From a virus, in the IMG/VR virus record IMGVR_UViG_3300021961_000021: 64,000 nucleotides of DNA; one strand, 5' to 3'. Position numbers and translations under genes: made by a program. A model generated the notes under the pieces. That model did not search any database. It was not told the DNA's origin and worked only from the letters and a program-made list of their open reading frames with translations. Positions 46,320-55,885 of this stretch are shown here, one piece after another (position 1 is the stretch's first letter; each line of letters opens with the position of its first letter).

Positions 46320-49300
46320 TGACGAGTTCACGAATATGAATCACGTCATTAGTTGACGGAGGTGTACTAATACTGAAATCAACAGCATTACCACTTACCG
46401 TATAGTCAACTCCAGGAATTTGAGCAACACCGTTCAAGAATACCATCACAGAATATGCAGTGTGCCCAGAAGAAATAGCAAATGATGATGTAGAACCATT
46501 ACCATTATATGTTACGCCATTATTACCATTGGCAATACCCGTTGCCAATCTGTATTTATCAGCACAACCATACTTACCAGAGACATCAATATCTCCATTA
46601 AAATATGTATTACCGCTGATCTTCAGGCGATTATTGGCATCAGGTGCCATACCAATACCATAGTTGGTAGTGCCACCAAATCTACGAGAGGTAATAGAAG
46701 CAGTGTCAGTCAGACCCCACTTATACCAAGTACCTGCCTCATAAATCCAACCAAGTGCATCACCAGCAGTCCAGTCTACATTATAGATGATGTCACCATC
46801 ATTAAATGCCAGACCAGGATCAACTTGAGGTTGACCAGATCCATCGTCTTCTGCTAGGAATGTTTGTCTGAGAACTGTACCATCATCGTTAGAGTATGTA
46901 AGTCTCAGTGTCTGAATGTTCTCTTGTGAAGTGATCCTCTTCTGGAATGTAACAGGACCAGAGAATACAGATTCCAACTGGTTAGATGCACCACCGATAA
47001 CGGTCAGTTTGTCGGTAAGAACGATCTCAGAGAATGTCTGAATTGTAGTATTCTCTTCACCAATAACGTTCAGTTGTGCAATATCCTCGTTAGTGATCTG
47101 ACCAGTAATCGGGTTGATAACTTGGTTACCAACGTACAGTTCACCATCAGAGTTAACACCAGAGTAGTAAGCAACACCTGCTGCTTCTTTCAGTGACTGT
47201 GACAGTCTAACCTGATCTGGTGACAGAACTTCTACCTGAGTAGAGGGGAATGCAGTTGAGTAGTTACCAGGACCGAAACCAAGGTACTCAAATGTGTGAC
47301 CAGATGCACGAAGAATTGAATAACGTCTCAGTTCTGCAAGAATGGGTGCAACAGAGTTATCAGCATTCAGTTTCAGAGGAATCTTACGCTCTTCTTCATC
47401 ACCAAGTCTTGAAGTAACAACAATACCATTCAATGTGTTAGAGGTTGTGTTGTAACCCAGGTTATTTTCCTGCTCAAGAAGGAAGAACTGTGCAGTTTCC
47501 TTTGTGATTGAGAGTTGAGTATCCTCATTAGGTGTAGGAGATGCACCATCGGTTGTGGTTACATCACCGATGATCTCGTTAGATGCAATTGAAATTGCAG
47601 GACCAGGATCAGAATTCGGATTATCCCTATCAAATGCAGGATATACATCCACAGCATTCTGAGAGAACTCAAAGTCATTAAAGTTTGACGTTGAGGGAGA
47701 GACTGATGCGTTCAGAACTGACAGATAATAGATACCATCAGCAACACCACGCTCAAATGTCTGATACGTCTCAACTTCATAGATGTAATATGTTCTATCG
47801 TATGCAGGAGAGTTCGTTTCAGATGATCTTGGTTGAATCACGAAACCAGTAATAGGTTCACGAGGAATCGGGAATGCATCCTTATCCAGTACATAACGGA
47901 AACGATAGATTCTATCCTTCAGGTCACGAGCATCGGGCACACGACGGATAAAGGTTGTAGGTGTGAATCCAAGGTTGTTATACTGACTGTTTGCAATCAG
48001 AGTAGTATAGATATCATTATTGGCAGAATCTACCTGTAGATACCAGTTACTTCTGACAGAATCCCACTTGATCGGGCTAGCATCATCACCAGGAGATGTG
48101 CCTGTTACTTCTGGACCAGCAGGATCAATCTTAGCGGTATGAGTTGTAGGATTAGTTGCACCAGCAGCGATCAACAAAACCTGAACCTTGTCAGGAAGTG
48201 TGGGAGAATCTCTCCTTGCACCAATAGTATAACCCTGAATCTTGCTGGGAGGTTTAGCGTTCTCGTTTGTGTAACCGTACAGATACAGTTTAGTAGGATC
48301 TGATGCTGCTTTAATCTTCTGAATATCGAGTGTCACCCAGTTAATAGAAACTTCAGCGACATCAGCAAGAGATTTGGGCGGAATAACGTGAGTGATCTGA
48401 CCCGCTTTGTCTTTAGTAAATGCTGCAGACTTAAACCCTTTCGATCTTAGTGATGTATTACCGAAATTGGAGTTTGAGTTAGTAATAGATAGGTCACCAC
48501 CACTATCAGAGAAGAAGTGATCACCGAAACCCACGGCAAACACCGAAACCACCTGAATAAACGCATCATTTGATGCTTTAATGTGGACGTGACGCCACCC
48601 CTTTCTGTATTTTGCAAGACCATCGATGTGTGCTCCACTACCTGCTGCTTGTGCTTCATAGTTACCTGTTGAAGCATTATACTTTACAAATGCACGGTCA
48701 TCTTTTTGCAGTGAAATGCCAGTAAACTGTGCAACAACCATTGATTTGAAACCAGTTGATTGTGCACCATCAGCGTGCATACCGTTGATACCCCACACAG
48801 AGCGGAGTGAACAGTTGAACACATAGGGAGATGCCGAGTCAACAGTATCAATCTCAACCTTAACCAGAACGTTAGAACCAATCGCGTTTCCTGTTGGTTC
48901 AGATGACATCTGATAGGTGAACTGGTTACCCTGAGCAGATGTTACCAGGAAGGATCCGTTATATAGATTCGCATCTGCCTCAGTAGGACCCGTGACGCCT
49001 GAGATGTTGACGGCGACCCCGACAGAGAAACCGTGATTAACAGGGTTATCCTGAATATCGACAGTAAATGCTGTTGCCGTTTGTCCATTGCGAATAATTT
49101 GAGATACTCGGAATTCGTCGGAAATCGGACCAACAATACGGTTTTCTTCAACCCTTGCTTGCAGTTGGTCTTGAGCGACAGTACCAGAAGTATCGGGAAT
49201 TGTAGCGTATGCCTTTGAAATCTTCTGATAATAAAGATCTAGGTCTGTAGCATTAGCATATTCAAAACAAGTAATCTTGTGATGAGAGAAGTTTGGTGCA

Positions 49301-49890
49301 ATCGTATCTGTCAGTTCAGGGCGATAGTACACACCATTGTTGTCACCATCAAAGAATGACATCTGCCAGAAATAGCAACCACCAGTCAGTCTGAAGATTG
49401 CTGAAGTTCCAGGTTCATTAGCAGCAGTGATGCCAAGTGATGCCTGAGTTGTAGGATAAGGAACATACTTCGGAATGATCTTGGTTCTACGAAGGTCAGA
49501 ACCAACAACAGAAACACCTCTGGGGCAAATTACACCACCGTTAACAGAGTTGAATTTGTATAGAACATTATTAGCGGAAGTCAGATCGAAGTTTGTGTTT
49601 TCATCAAAAGGTGTAATTTCACCATATTCAGATGTGCCAGGTCTGTTATCAATAACATATTCTGACGGATACAAATAAATCGAGAAGGCATCAAACTCGT
49701 CGTTTGAAAGACCTACTCGATACGAAAATCTAGCAACTTCAAGAAAGGCACGTTGCAACGTCTTAAATGGACGCAACGCTGAGTTACCTCTATTATCGTA
49801 TGCGTCCGATGAATCGAAATCATCAGGGTTCACATAGATAATGCGACCCGTTCTGGACGTGATGATATTCTTAAGACGAGTTAGTGCCAT
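46315..49890 (-). CDS. 1,191-aa virion structural protein
   Basis: MALTRLKNII...IIYVNP...RGNS..RPFKTLQRA N-terminus; C-terminal VFLNGVAQ.PG.DYTV domain. Confidence 0.8.
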   Translation of the reverse strand: MALTRLKNIITSRTGRIIYVNPDDFDSSDAYDNRGNSALRPFKTLQRAFLEVARFSYRVGLSNDEFDAFSIYLYPSEYVIDNRPGTSEYGEITPFDENTNFDLTSANNVLYKFNSVNGGVICPRGVSVVGSDLRRTKIIPKYVPYPTTQASLGITAANEPGTSAIFRLTGGCYFWQMSFFDGDNNGVYYRPELTDTIAPNFSHHKITCFEYANATDLDLYYQKISKAYATIPDTSGTVAQDQLQARVEENRIVGPISDEFRVSQIIRNGQTATAFTVDIQDNPVNHGFSVGVAVNISGVTGPTEADANLYNGSFLVTSAQGNQFTYQMSSEPTGNAIGSNVLVKVEIDTVDSASPYVFNCSLRSVWGINGMHADGAQSTGFKSMVVAQFTGISLQKDDRAFVKYNASTGNYEAQAAGSGAHIDGLAKYRKGWRHVHIKASNDAFIQVVSVFAVGFGDHFFSDSGGDLSITNSNSNFGNTSLRSKGFKSAAFTKDKAGQITHVIPPKSLADVAEVSINWVTLDIQKIKAASDPTKLYLYGYTNENAKPPSKIQGYTIGARRDSPTLPDKVQVLLIAAGATNPTTHTAKIDPAGPEVTGTSPGDDASPIKWDSVRSNWYLQVDSANNDIYTTLIANSQYNNLGFTPTTFIRRVPDARDLKDRIYRFRYVLDKDAFPIPREPITGFVIQPRSSETNSPAYDRTYYIYEVETYQTFERGVADGIYYLSVLNASVSPSTSNFNDFEFSQNAVDVYPAFDRDNPNSDPGPAISIASNEIIGDVTTTDGASPTPNEDTQLSITKETAQFFLLEQENNLGYNTTSNTLNGIVVTSRLGDEEERKIPLKLNADNSVAPILAELRRYSILRASGHTFEYLGFGPGNYSTAFPSTQVEVLSPDQVRLSQSLKEAAGVAYYSGVNSDGELYVGNQVINPITGQITNEDIAQLNVIGEENTTIQTFSEIVLTDKLTVIGGASNQLESVFSGPVTFQKRITSQENIQTLRLTYSNDDGTVLRQTFLAEDDGSGQPQVDPGLAFNDGDIIYNVDWTAGDALGWIYEAGTWYKWGLTDTASITSRRFGGTTNYGIGMAPDANNRLKISGNTYFNGDIDVSGKYGCADKYRLATGIANGNNGVTYNGNGSTSSFAISSGHTAYSVMVFLNGVAQIPGVDYTVSGNAVDFSISTPPSTNDVIHIRELVI

Positions 49891-49916
49891 TTAACTTCGG
49901 ATTCCTCTTCTATTGC

Positions 49917-49924
49917 TATTTAGG
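49917..49924 (-). promoter_or_regulatory. Late promoter variant (CCTAAATA)
   Basis: NNTAAATA upstream of 49890. Confidence 0.45.
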
Positions 49925-49937
49925 TATGCTGTCAGTA

Positions 49938-51842
49938 TTAGGGGTTGGGAACACCACCACCACCGCCAACTCCAGTGCCAGCAGCAAGAGCAGGTCGGTA
50001 ATCAACAAAGGTATAATCACCAACGGTGTTCTCAAATCCATTCACTTGGAATGTAACATCTGCAGTTGAAGCATAAACAACCAAGTGAGAAGCAGGACCA
50101 ACTACAATTCCACTGTGCACATTTGTAGCGCCAGCATCAAGTGCAACATCATAATAAATGTAATCATCGTTATTAAGATCCTCGGGATCTGTCACACTGC
50201 TCACTGTTGCGACTACTCTTGTGGATCCAGCAACAGGAGGACTATCGGGGAACTCATCAGTAGCGACAAATGGAATGCTACCACCAAGAGATACTTTCAG
50301 TACACCACCTGTACTATCCCAAGCACTAACATAACCAAATGCTCCAGGAGTAACAGTACCGACAGTTTGAGATGCAGTACCAATCAGGAATGTATTGGCA
50401 GTTGCAGGAGTACCGACAACATCATAAACATAAATCTGTTCAAATGTGGGGTCTGGGTTGATATCAATGGACGCTGAATATCCAGTAACACCCTCAGCAT
50501 AATAGAACAGAGGATCTGGAGTATTAGCAGTAATATCAATTTCGATATAAGCACCTGCTACACCAGGAGTACCGACTTTAGTTACACCAGTCGTAAATTC
50601 TGTACCAGGAGTGGGATTAGCACCAGTACCTTCAAGGACATCAGAGAATCTAAATGGAAGACCTGTGTTAGAGGCATCGGCAAGAAGGAAACGATAGGTT
50701 CTATCAACATCCAGAGAGAACGCTGCAGGATCTTGAACGATTTCTTCACCAATAACTGATCCCCAAATGAATCTATCGGTAAAGATTATGTCACCTGCAC
50801 CAGAAATCTGGAGGTCAACGCTAGCAGTTGCACCAGCGACAGACTCACCACTAGCAAACCAATATGCAAATGACTGAGTAGCAAGAGTCAACGGTGTAAC
50901 AGTTGAAGCATCAGCGTGTTGAGCATCAACAGTACCAAACTCACCACGAGTAACAGTCAGATCATTACCATTAACTACCGAAACCAACATAACTTCATTG
51001 TTGACTACGATATATTGACCAGAAATTACAACCGTACCATCTGTAACGGTAAGTGTTGTATCACCAGCAGCAAAGGGTGCACCTTCGTTAATTGTAGTGG
51101 TAGCAAGGGAAGGTGTATATACACCAACATATTGACCAGGAACTTGTGCCGCTGCGCTAGTTCCAAGAGAACCACGGGTTACAGTGACTGTTGCTCCACC
51201 AGTATTTGTGGGGGCATTATAGAATGCAACACTAGAAACAGTTGCGATCTCAGCATTTGCACCATTAGGGTCAAATACGACATAATCGTTCGCAGAGATA
51301 AGTTCACCGCTACTAAACGGAATTGCGGTTACACCAGCACCCATATCTGGCATTGAGATCTCAATGGAAGTATTACTAATACCACGGAATTCGCCAGAGA
51401 GCGCCGATAGCGTTGAAGTAATAGTTTCACCACCAACAAATGTGCCAGACAAAGTATTGTTATCAATACCAAGTCCACCAGTTCTTGCAACAACTACGTT
51501 GTATGTTGTAGTACCTGTGACACGATAAATGTCACCAATCTTTGCTTCAAAGTTACCCTGATCAGATGTCAATTGAAGACCAGGAGTTGCTGTTGAAGCA
51601 GTCAGACCAGGGTTAATTTCGATCAGATACTTACTGACGATGTTACCCCTTTCAAAGTCATAGGTGTTAGCATCAAGAGTCAACTCTTGAGTATAGTCCT
51701 TATGACCAATTCTGTAAGTACCAGCAGCACCACGATTTGCTACTTGCACCACAGTTGATGCAGTAGTGTCTACTGGAGTAGAGTATAAGACTGTATTTGT
51801 AGTTGCTGCTGGTGATGCAGCTGCGAGTCTACCTGCTGTCAT
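49938..51842 (-). CDS. 634-aa virion structural protein
   Basis: MTAGRLAAASP; repeated VTRG.LGT.A/VTRGEFGT motifs; T/A/G-rich. Confidence 0.75.
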   Translation of the reverse strand: MTAGRLAAASPAATTNTVLYSTPVDTTASTVVQVANRGAAGTYRIGHKDYTQELTLDANTYDFERGNIVSKYLIEINPGLTASTATPGLQLTSDQGNFEAKIGDIYRVTGTTTYNVVVARTGGLGIDNNTLSGTFVGGETITSTLSALSGEFRGISNTSIEISMPDMGAGVTAIPFSSGELISANDYVVFDPNGANAEIATVSSVAFYNAPTNTGGATVTVTRGSLGTSAAAQVPGQYVGVYTPSLATTTINEGAPFAAGDTTLTVTDGTVVISGQYIVVNNEVMLVSVVNGNDLTVTRGEFGTVDAQHADASTVTPLTLATQSFAYWFASGESVAGATASVDLQISGAGDIIFTDRFIWGSVIGEEIVQDPAAFSLDVDRTYRFLLADASNTGLPFRFSDVLEGTGANPTPGTEFTTGVTKVGTPGVAGAYIEIDITANTPDPLFYYAEGVTGYSASIDINPDPTFEQIYVYDVVGTPATANTFLIGTASQTVGTVTPGAFGYVSAWDSTGGVLKVSLGGSIPFVATDEFPDSPPVAGSTRVVATVSSVTDPEDLNNDDYIYYDVALDAGATNVHSGIVVGPASHLVVYASTADVTFQVNGFENTVGDYTFVDYRPALAAGTGVGGGGGVPNP

Positions 51843-51849
51843 TTGTTAA

Positions 51850-53175
51850 TTACCATCCTGCTGCGAAGTGTTGTTGGAGTCTGAGTCTACCACCCAGATC
51901 AGGTGCCGAAATCGGACCACCGAACGACACACCCAGTGTGCCTACGTTTTCTGTTGAGAGCAGAGTTGCATCTGCATCGGGGAAACTAATTGTTCTAGTA
52001 CCAGAAAGGTTACCGAGATCAAGAACAACTTGCTTTTGATCATCAACTTCATCAATTAGTTTAAGTGCAACAATAGACTTGTTGTAAAGAACTTGTGTAG
52101 CTCTTGTTGTTACAAGTGTATTTGTTGCAAGTATACTTGTATTTAGGTTCTGCGAAGGGAACGCAAATTTCAAAGTTGATGCGCCAGGGACCAGCGACAT
52201 ATCAATGAAAACTCTTGCGGTTGTATCGTCACCATAAACAAAGTATGGATCCGCATAGTTTTTGTTGGTGAATGTCTGAGTAGAGTCAACACCAGCAACC
52301 GTCAGAGACTGGTCAGGGAAACTAACAACACGATCAGTTGTTAGTGGTGATGCATCAAGAGTTACTCTAGGAGTAGGATTGTTAGGATCACCAGAAGCAA
52401 TATCGGAAACTGTAGGATTGATCAGGTTCTTGTTGCTTACATCCTGCTCTGTAATAGTATCAATCAGAGTTGATTGTGATGCTGTAGTTCCATAGTCAGG
52501 AAGACGATAGATGTGAACTACAGGTGATTCCCAAGCGTCAGTTTCAAATCTGGCAACCTTACCGCTGTCAGAAGAACCAATGATTTGCAAGTTATTATCT
52601 TGAATGATAATAGTCTTGTTCGTGATTGTCTGAGCAGTATCGTTACCAATCAGTGTTGTAGAAGTAAACGTTCCTGTACTAGGAAGTGCGAATGTACGAA
52701 TACCAGCACCTGTAGATACACCAGAGACTTCAAACTTTGCTCGTTTGTCTGGGTTCTGGTCATCTGCAATGAAAAAGTTCGTATCAATCAGTTCTGTGGG
52801 ACCATTTACAAGGAACTTACCAGAACCTTGAGGTCTCAAATCAATGTTAACGTTTGATGATACAGTATCACCAGCAATCAATCTAATCGTAGCCGATCCG
52901 TCAGCATTGTTTTGCTTTCTATAGTACATCGATGATGTACCAAAGGCAAGACCAATTTCATTATAAGCATTCTGGTAAAGACCAGTATCTCTGTCTAGGT
53001 CAAAAGCCAGACCAGGAGCGGATTGTGACCCAGAAGCAACACCCTTAAACAGTTGGTTGATTCTTGCTTTTCTGTTAGGAATCAGTGGGTCAGAAATGAC
53101 TACAGGAAGAATTGCTTCCCCTGTTAACACTTCATCCGCCAGAGTATCTAATTGTGAAATTCTTTTTGTTCCCAC
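51850..53175 (-). CDS. 441-aa tail/virion structural protein
   Basis: GTG start; KRISQL N-terminus, APGLAFD.DRDTGLY, repeated T.T.TNK/T.R...FPD motifs. Confidence 0.78.
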   Translation of the reverse strand: MGTKRISQLDTLADEVLTGEAILPVVISDPLIPNRKARINQLFKGVASGSQSAPGLAFDLDRDTGLYQNAYNEIGLAFGTSSMYYRKQNNADGSATIRLIAGDTVSSNVNIDLRPQGSGKFLVNGPTELIDTNFFIADDQNPDKRAKFEVSGVSTGAGIRTFALPSTGTFTSTTLIGNDTAQTITNKTIIIQDNNLQIIGSSDSGKVARFETDAWESPVVHIYRLPDYGTTASQSTLIDTITEQDVSNKNLINPTVSDIASGDPNNPTPRVTLDASPLTTDRVVSFPDQSLTVAGVDSTQTFTNKNYADPYFVYGDDTTARVFIDMSLVPGASTLKFAFPSQNLNTSILATNTLVTTRATQVLYNKSIVALKLIDEVDDQKQVVLDLGNLSGTRTISFPDADATLLSTENVGTLGVSFGGPISAPDLGGRLRLQQHFAAGW

Positions 53176-53203
53176 GTAACTCAGGCGCGTTATTCTACAA
53201 CTT

Positions 53204-53211
53204 TATTTATA
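53204..53211 (-). promoter_or_regulatory. T4-type late promoter TATAAATA
   Basis: Exact consensus 28 nt upstream of 53175. Confidence 0.75.
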
Positions 53212-53368
53212 CAGTTGTGTTAGTAGGGGATGGATAATCATCATCTGGATACAGTTCGTTATACCTTAGGAATCGACGTTTGTTTGGTTCGACTCCTAAG
53301 GCAGCACAGGCATCCAAATAATCTTCCCACATTCTATCGAGATACTTTGGAATATCATCAGATGTCAA
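53207..53368 (-). CDS. Small hypothetical protein, 53 aa (not in track)
   Basis: TTG start with a GAGG RBS: MTSDDIPKYLDRMWEDYLDACAALGVEPNKRRFLRYNELYPDDDYPSPTNTTV. Confidence 0.55.
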   Translation of the reverse strand: MTSDDIPKYLDRMWEDYLDACAALGVEPNKRRFLRYNELYPDDDYPSPTNTTV

Positions 53369-53573
53369 GGTTTACCTCTCTATTTCCTTTCAAAAGTGAC
53401 ATTGTACTCACAGACTTATCACGATACTTACTAAAATAATCGACTGACTCTTGCACTGCCTTTACAATATCATCATAAAGTGCTTTACCACTGATTTCCT
53501 CATCACTGATGTAATCAAAAATCACATCATTCAGACGCTCATAACGTGCTTCATTGTATTCAGGAATTGCCAT
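53358..53573 (-). CDS. Hypothetical protein
   Basis: 71-aa ORF. Confidence 0.7.
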   Translation of the reverse strand: MAIPEYNEARYERLNDVIFDYISDEEISGKALYDDIVKAVQESVDYFSKYRDKSVSTMSLLKGNREVNLDI

Positions 53574-54150
53574 AAGTACCCTCCTTGAGAAGTTGAATGT
53601 GCCTTTCTAAACCAGATTTGATCCTTTCATCTGTATTAGAATGGATAAAGGATTGGATATAATCAATTTTATATTGTCGATACACCTTACCTGCCGTATC
53701 CAAATCAGTATAACGACCCAAATAAGTATTTGTTCCGTTTACTTTACAAAAAACATTATACTTCCCCTTGCGAAAATTAACTCCAATCACACCAGTATTA
53801 GACCTATCTGCTTTACGTTGATTCAACAATGAGTTCAAACTTTTATCAACGAAAACACAAGTTTCTGGAGAGTAAACTTTATTACCAGGAAAGATGATAT
53901 CCTTATCAAGTTCTTTACCAGAAACATCACCCTGAGTATAAAACCAATCTCGGAAATTGGAATAGGTCAACCATTCATCACACACTACACATCCTTCATA
54001 AGTAGGATTTCGTTCCACCCATTCTGGAGAATAGCAACGACGTAGCATCATTTTCCAACGGTAATATGCTGGATCCACTTGACCTGGCGAGGTTCTAGTC
54101 CCACCAGTAATGTCCATTACTCCGATTCCGTATACGAGTTTGGTTTTCAT
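53560..54150 (-). CDS. HNH-type homing endonuclease-like protein with AP2-like C-terminus
   Basis: W..ML.RCY...PTYEGC.VC.EW...SNF..W...LDKD...GNKVYSPETCVFV...NS, then GV.F.KGKY...YLG.Y. Confidence 0.8.
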   Translation of the reverse strand: MKTKLVYGIGVMDITGGTRTSPGQVDPAYYRWKMMLRRCYSPEWVERNPTYEGCVVCDEWLTYSNFRDWFYTQGDVSGKELDKDIIFPGNKVYSPETCVFVDKSLNSLLNQRKADRSNTGVIGVNFRKGKYNVFCKVNGTNTYLGRYTDLDTAGKVYRQYKIDYIQSFIHSNTDERIKSGLERHIQLLKEGTYGNS

Positions 54151-54163
54151 TTCATTTAGTGTG

Positions 54164-54367
54164 TTAGTTGTTTTCGTGTTTTTGTGTCATATCATCGAGT
54201 TTATCCAGAATATCATCAAACGAGATGAGATTCTCCAACTCAAAGATCATTTTGGATATTGTGGTACATACCACAGGGCGCTCTTGGCGAGCAGCAAATG
54301 CCAGAGCATTACGAAGTGATTGACCTGCCTCATTGAGAGAAGATACAACAGACTCAGAAAGTGCCAT
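54164..54367 (-). CDS. Hypothetical protein
   Basis: Likely start MALSESVVSSL at 54367 (LRNALAFAARQERP). Confidence 0.7.
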   Translation of the reverse strand: MALSESVVSSLNEAGQSLRNALAFAARQERPVVCTTISKMIFELENLISFDDILDKLDDMTQKHENN

Positions 54368-54450
54368 AATGTTTGATTTCAAGGAATAGTTTAGATTGGT
54401 TAGGGGGATCCGTCAAGACCCCCCACGACTTCCTTCACACGGACATACTA

Positions 54451-54478
54451 ATTATAGCACATCATTCTGGGGGTGCAA
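54451..54478 (-). promoter_or_regulatory. Sigma70-like promoter TTGCAC-16-TATAAT with extended TG
   Basis: Read directly on the minus strand. Confidence 0.6.
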
Positions 54479-54635
54479 TCTGCATCAGATACTCAACGGT
54501 GTTAGCGACATCTTCCATTGCATCACGGAGAAAAGGTCGCTGACCAGATTCCATCCTGACTATTGGACGACTATTATCCGTGAGTGTCCACCTCCATTGC
54601 TTCATTTCAGTGCAATACCATAGGTTGATTTTCAT
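54462..54635 (-). CDS. Small hypothetical protein, 57 aa (not in track)
   Basis: MKINLWYCTEMKQWRWTLTDNSRPIVRMESGQRPFLRDAMEDVANTVEYLMQIAPPE. Confidence 0.7.
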   Translation of the reverse strand: MKINLWYCTEMKQWRWTLTDNSRPIVRMESGQRPFLRDAMEDVANTVEYLMQIAPPE

Positions 54636-54640
54636 ATCAA

Positions 54641-55534
54641 TTAAGAATTCGTAGAACGCATTTTAGCATAAGAAAAAACTTTGCTTGGAATGTTTACCCC
54701 GAGTGCTTTTTCAAAACCTTGGAATCCAGGAGCAGAGTTCGCTTCACAGATTTTATACCCATCTGGGTGAAAAAGCAAATCGACACCAGCAATGTCAAGA
54801 TCCAAAGTGTTTGCTACTCGGATGGAAAGCATTTCCAATTCTTCATCTAGTGGGTATTCAGTGCCTTCTCCACCACGGGAGATGTTTGCCTTGAATGATC
54901 CATCGGTACTCTGGCGAAGCATAGCACCAACGACCCGCCCACCAATAACGATAACGCGAAGATCACGTCCCTCCGAATGCTGTACATACTCTTGCACGAT
55001 CATACTGTTCTTGTAGTCTAGCGAAGAAATCAATTCTGACAAGTCCTCAAATTTCTTGGCATCCTCACACAAGTAGACCCCAGCACCATAAGATCCAGTC
55101 ACAACTTTAATAACGCAGGGGAATCCAACGTTTTTTGCGACTAAATCCGACTTGCAAGGAAAACGAGTGAGCATTGTCTTGGGGATAGGAAGACCTGCCT
55201 GTGCCAAAATCTGATTTGCATACATCTTGTCTTTAGATGCAATTATCGAATCAGAATTTGGAAGAGTAGGAACATTCAATCGTTCAAATTGTCTGAGAAC
55301 AGAGAGATTAAAATGCCCAGTACCACTACCAGTACGAGCAAGTACAATGTCAGGGAGACTGACAATATCATTGCGAAAGCGAATGGATTTACGGTCATCT
55401 CTTGATACGATTAGATCGATTTCATCGGAATAAACAACTTCAAAATCTATATTATCGACTTGTGCTTCTTCACGAAATCTCGTCATCTCATAAGAATCGG
55501 CACCCCTACGATTACCGAGCATCCAAATTTTCAT
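54641..55534 (-). CDS. rimK: RimK-family ATP-grasp alpha-L-glutamate ligase
   Basis: DKMYANQIL..GLPIPKT, GFPCVIK..TGSYGAGV, IVQEYV, DLRVIVIGG, FKANISRGG, IAGVDLL, CEANSAPGF. Confidence 0.88.
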   Translation of the reverse strand: MKIWMLGNRRGADSYEMTRFREEAQVDNIDFEVVYSDEIDLIVSRDDRKSIRFRNDIVSLPDIVLARTGSGTGHFNLSVLRQFERLNVPTLPNSDSIIASKDKMYANQILAQAGLPIPKTMLTRFPCKSDLVAKNVGFPCVIKVVTGSYGAGVYLCEDAKKFEDLSELISSLDYKNSMIVQEYVQHSEGRDLRVIVIGGRVVGAMLRQSTDGSFKANISRGGEGTEYPLDEELEMLSIRVANTLDLDIAGVDLLFHPDGYKICEANSAPGFQGFEKALGVNIPSKVFSYAKMRSTNS

Positions 55535-55553
55535 ATTTTCGCCAAAATAAAAG

Positions 55554-55625
55554 TGGGAAATGGTGGATTTGAACCACCGACCTCACGATTATCAGTCGTG
55601 TGCTCTACCCCTAAGCTAATTTCCC
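55554..55625 (-). tRNA. trnI: tRNA-Ile(GAT)
   Basis: Acceptor GGGAAAT/ATTTCCC; anticodon arm CACGA-CTGATAA-TCGTG; GGTTCAAATCC T-arm; no encoded CCA. Confidence 0.95.
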
Positions 55626-55673
55626 AATGGGGAGGGGAAGCACTTCTCTATCCACCGAGCGTTACTTCCCCAG

Positions 55674-55746
55674 TGGAGAATAGCGGACTCGAACCGCTGA
55701 CATCCTGCTTGCAAAGCAGGCGCTCTACCAACTGAGCTAATTCCCC
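55674..55746 (-). tRNA. trnA: tRNA-Ala(TGC)
   Basis: GGGGAAT/ATTCTCC with G3:U70; anticodon arm CCTGC-TTTGCAA-GCAGG. Confidence 0.96.
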
Positions 55747-55885
55747 TGGCGGCCCTTTTGTTAAAGGGGTAGAGCCGAACCCCTGTCGGGACTAGAGTGT
55801 GGACCCCTCTTCCCTTACGACGCTACGGACGACACCCGTAGTAGAAGTTGATCTCCTTCTATGCTATCTGCATAACGAGTATCAA
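55747..55885 (-). ncRNA. Candidate structured ncRNA between tRNA-Thr and tRNA-Ala
   Basis: Five back-to-back hairpins, no long ORF; see findings. Confidence 0.55.

Noticed and set aside
53230-54623. + strand ORFs 53230-53439, 54110-54319 and 54396-54623
   Set aside because: Antisense to better-supported minus-strand ORFs and a promoter.
55626-55673. Theta/HDV-like ribozyme in the tRNA-Ala trailer
   Set aside because: I could not build the nested double pseudoknot (no P1.1 GG, P2 or P4 arrangement); only a simple hairpin is evident.
55755-55790. tmRNA-like 3' end (GACAGGGGTTCG)
   Set aside because: The loop is not a 7-nt T-loop, and there is no acceptor stem/CCA or tag ORF.
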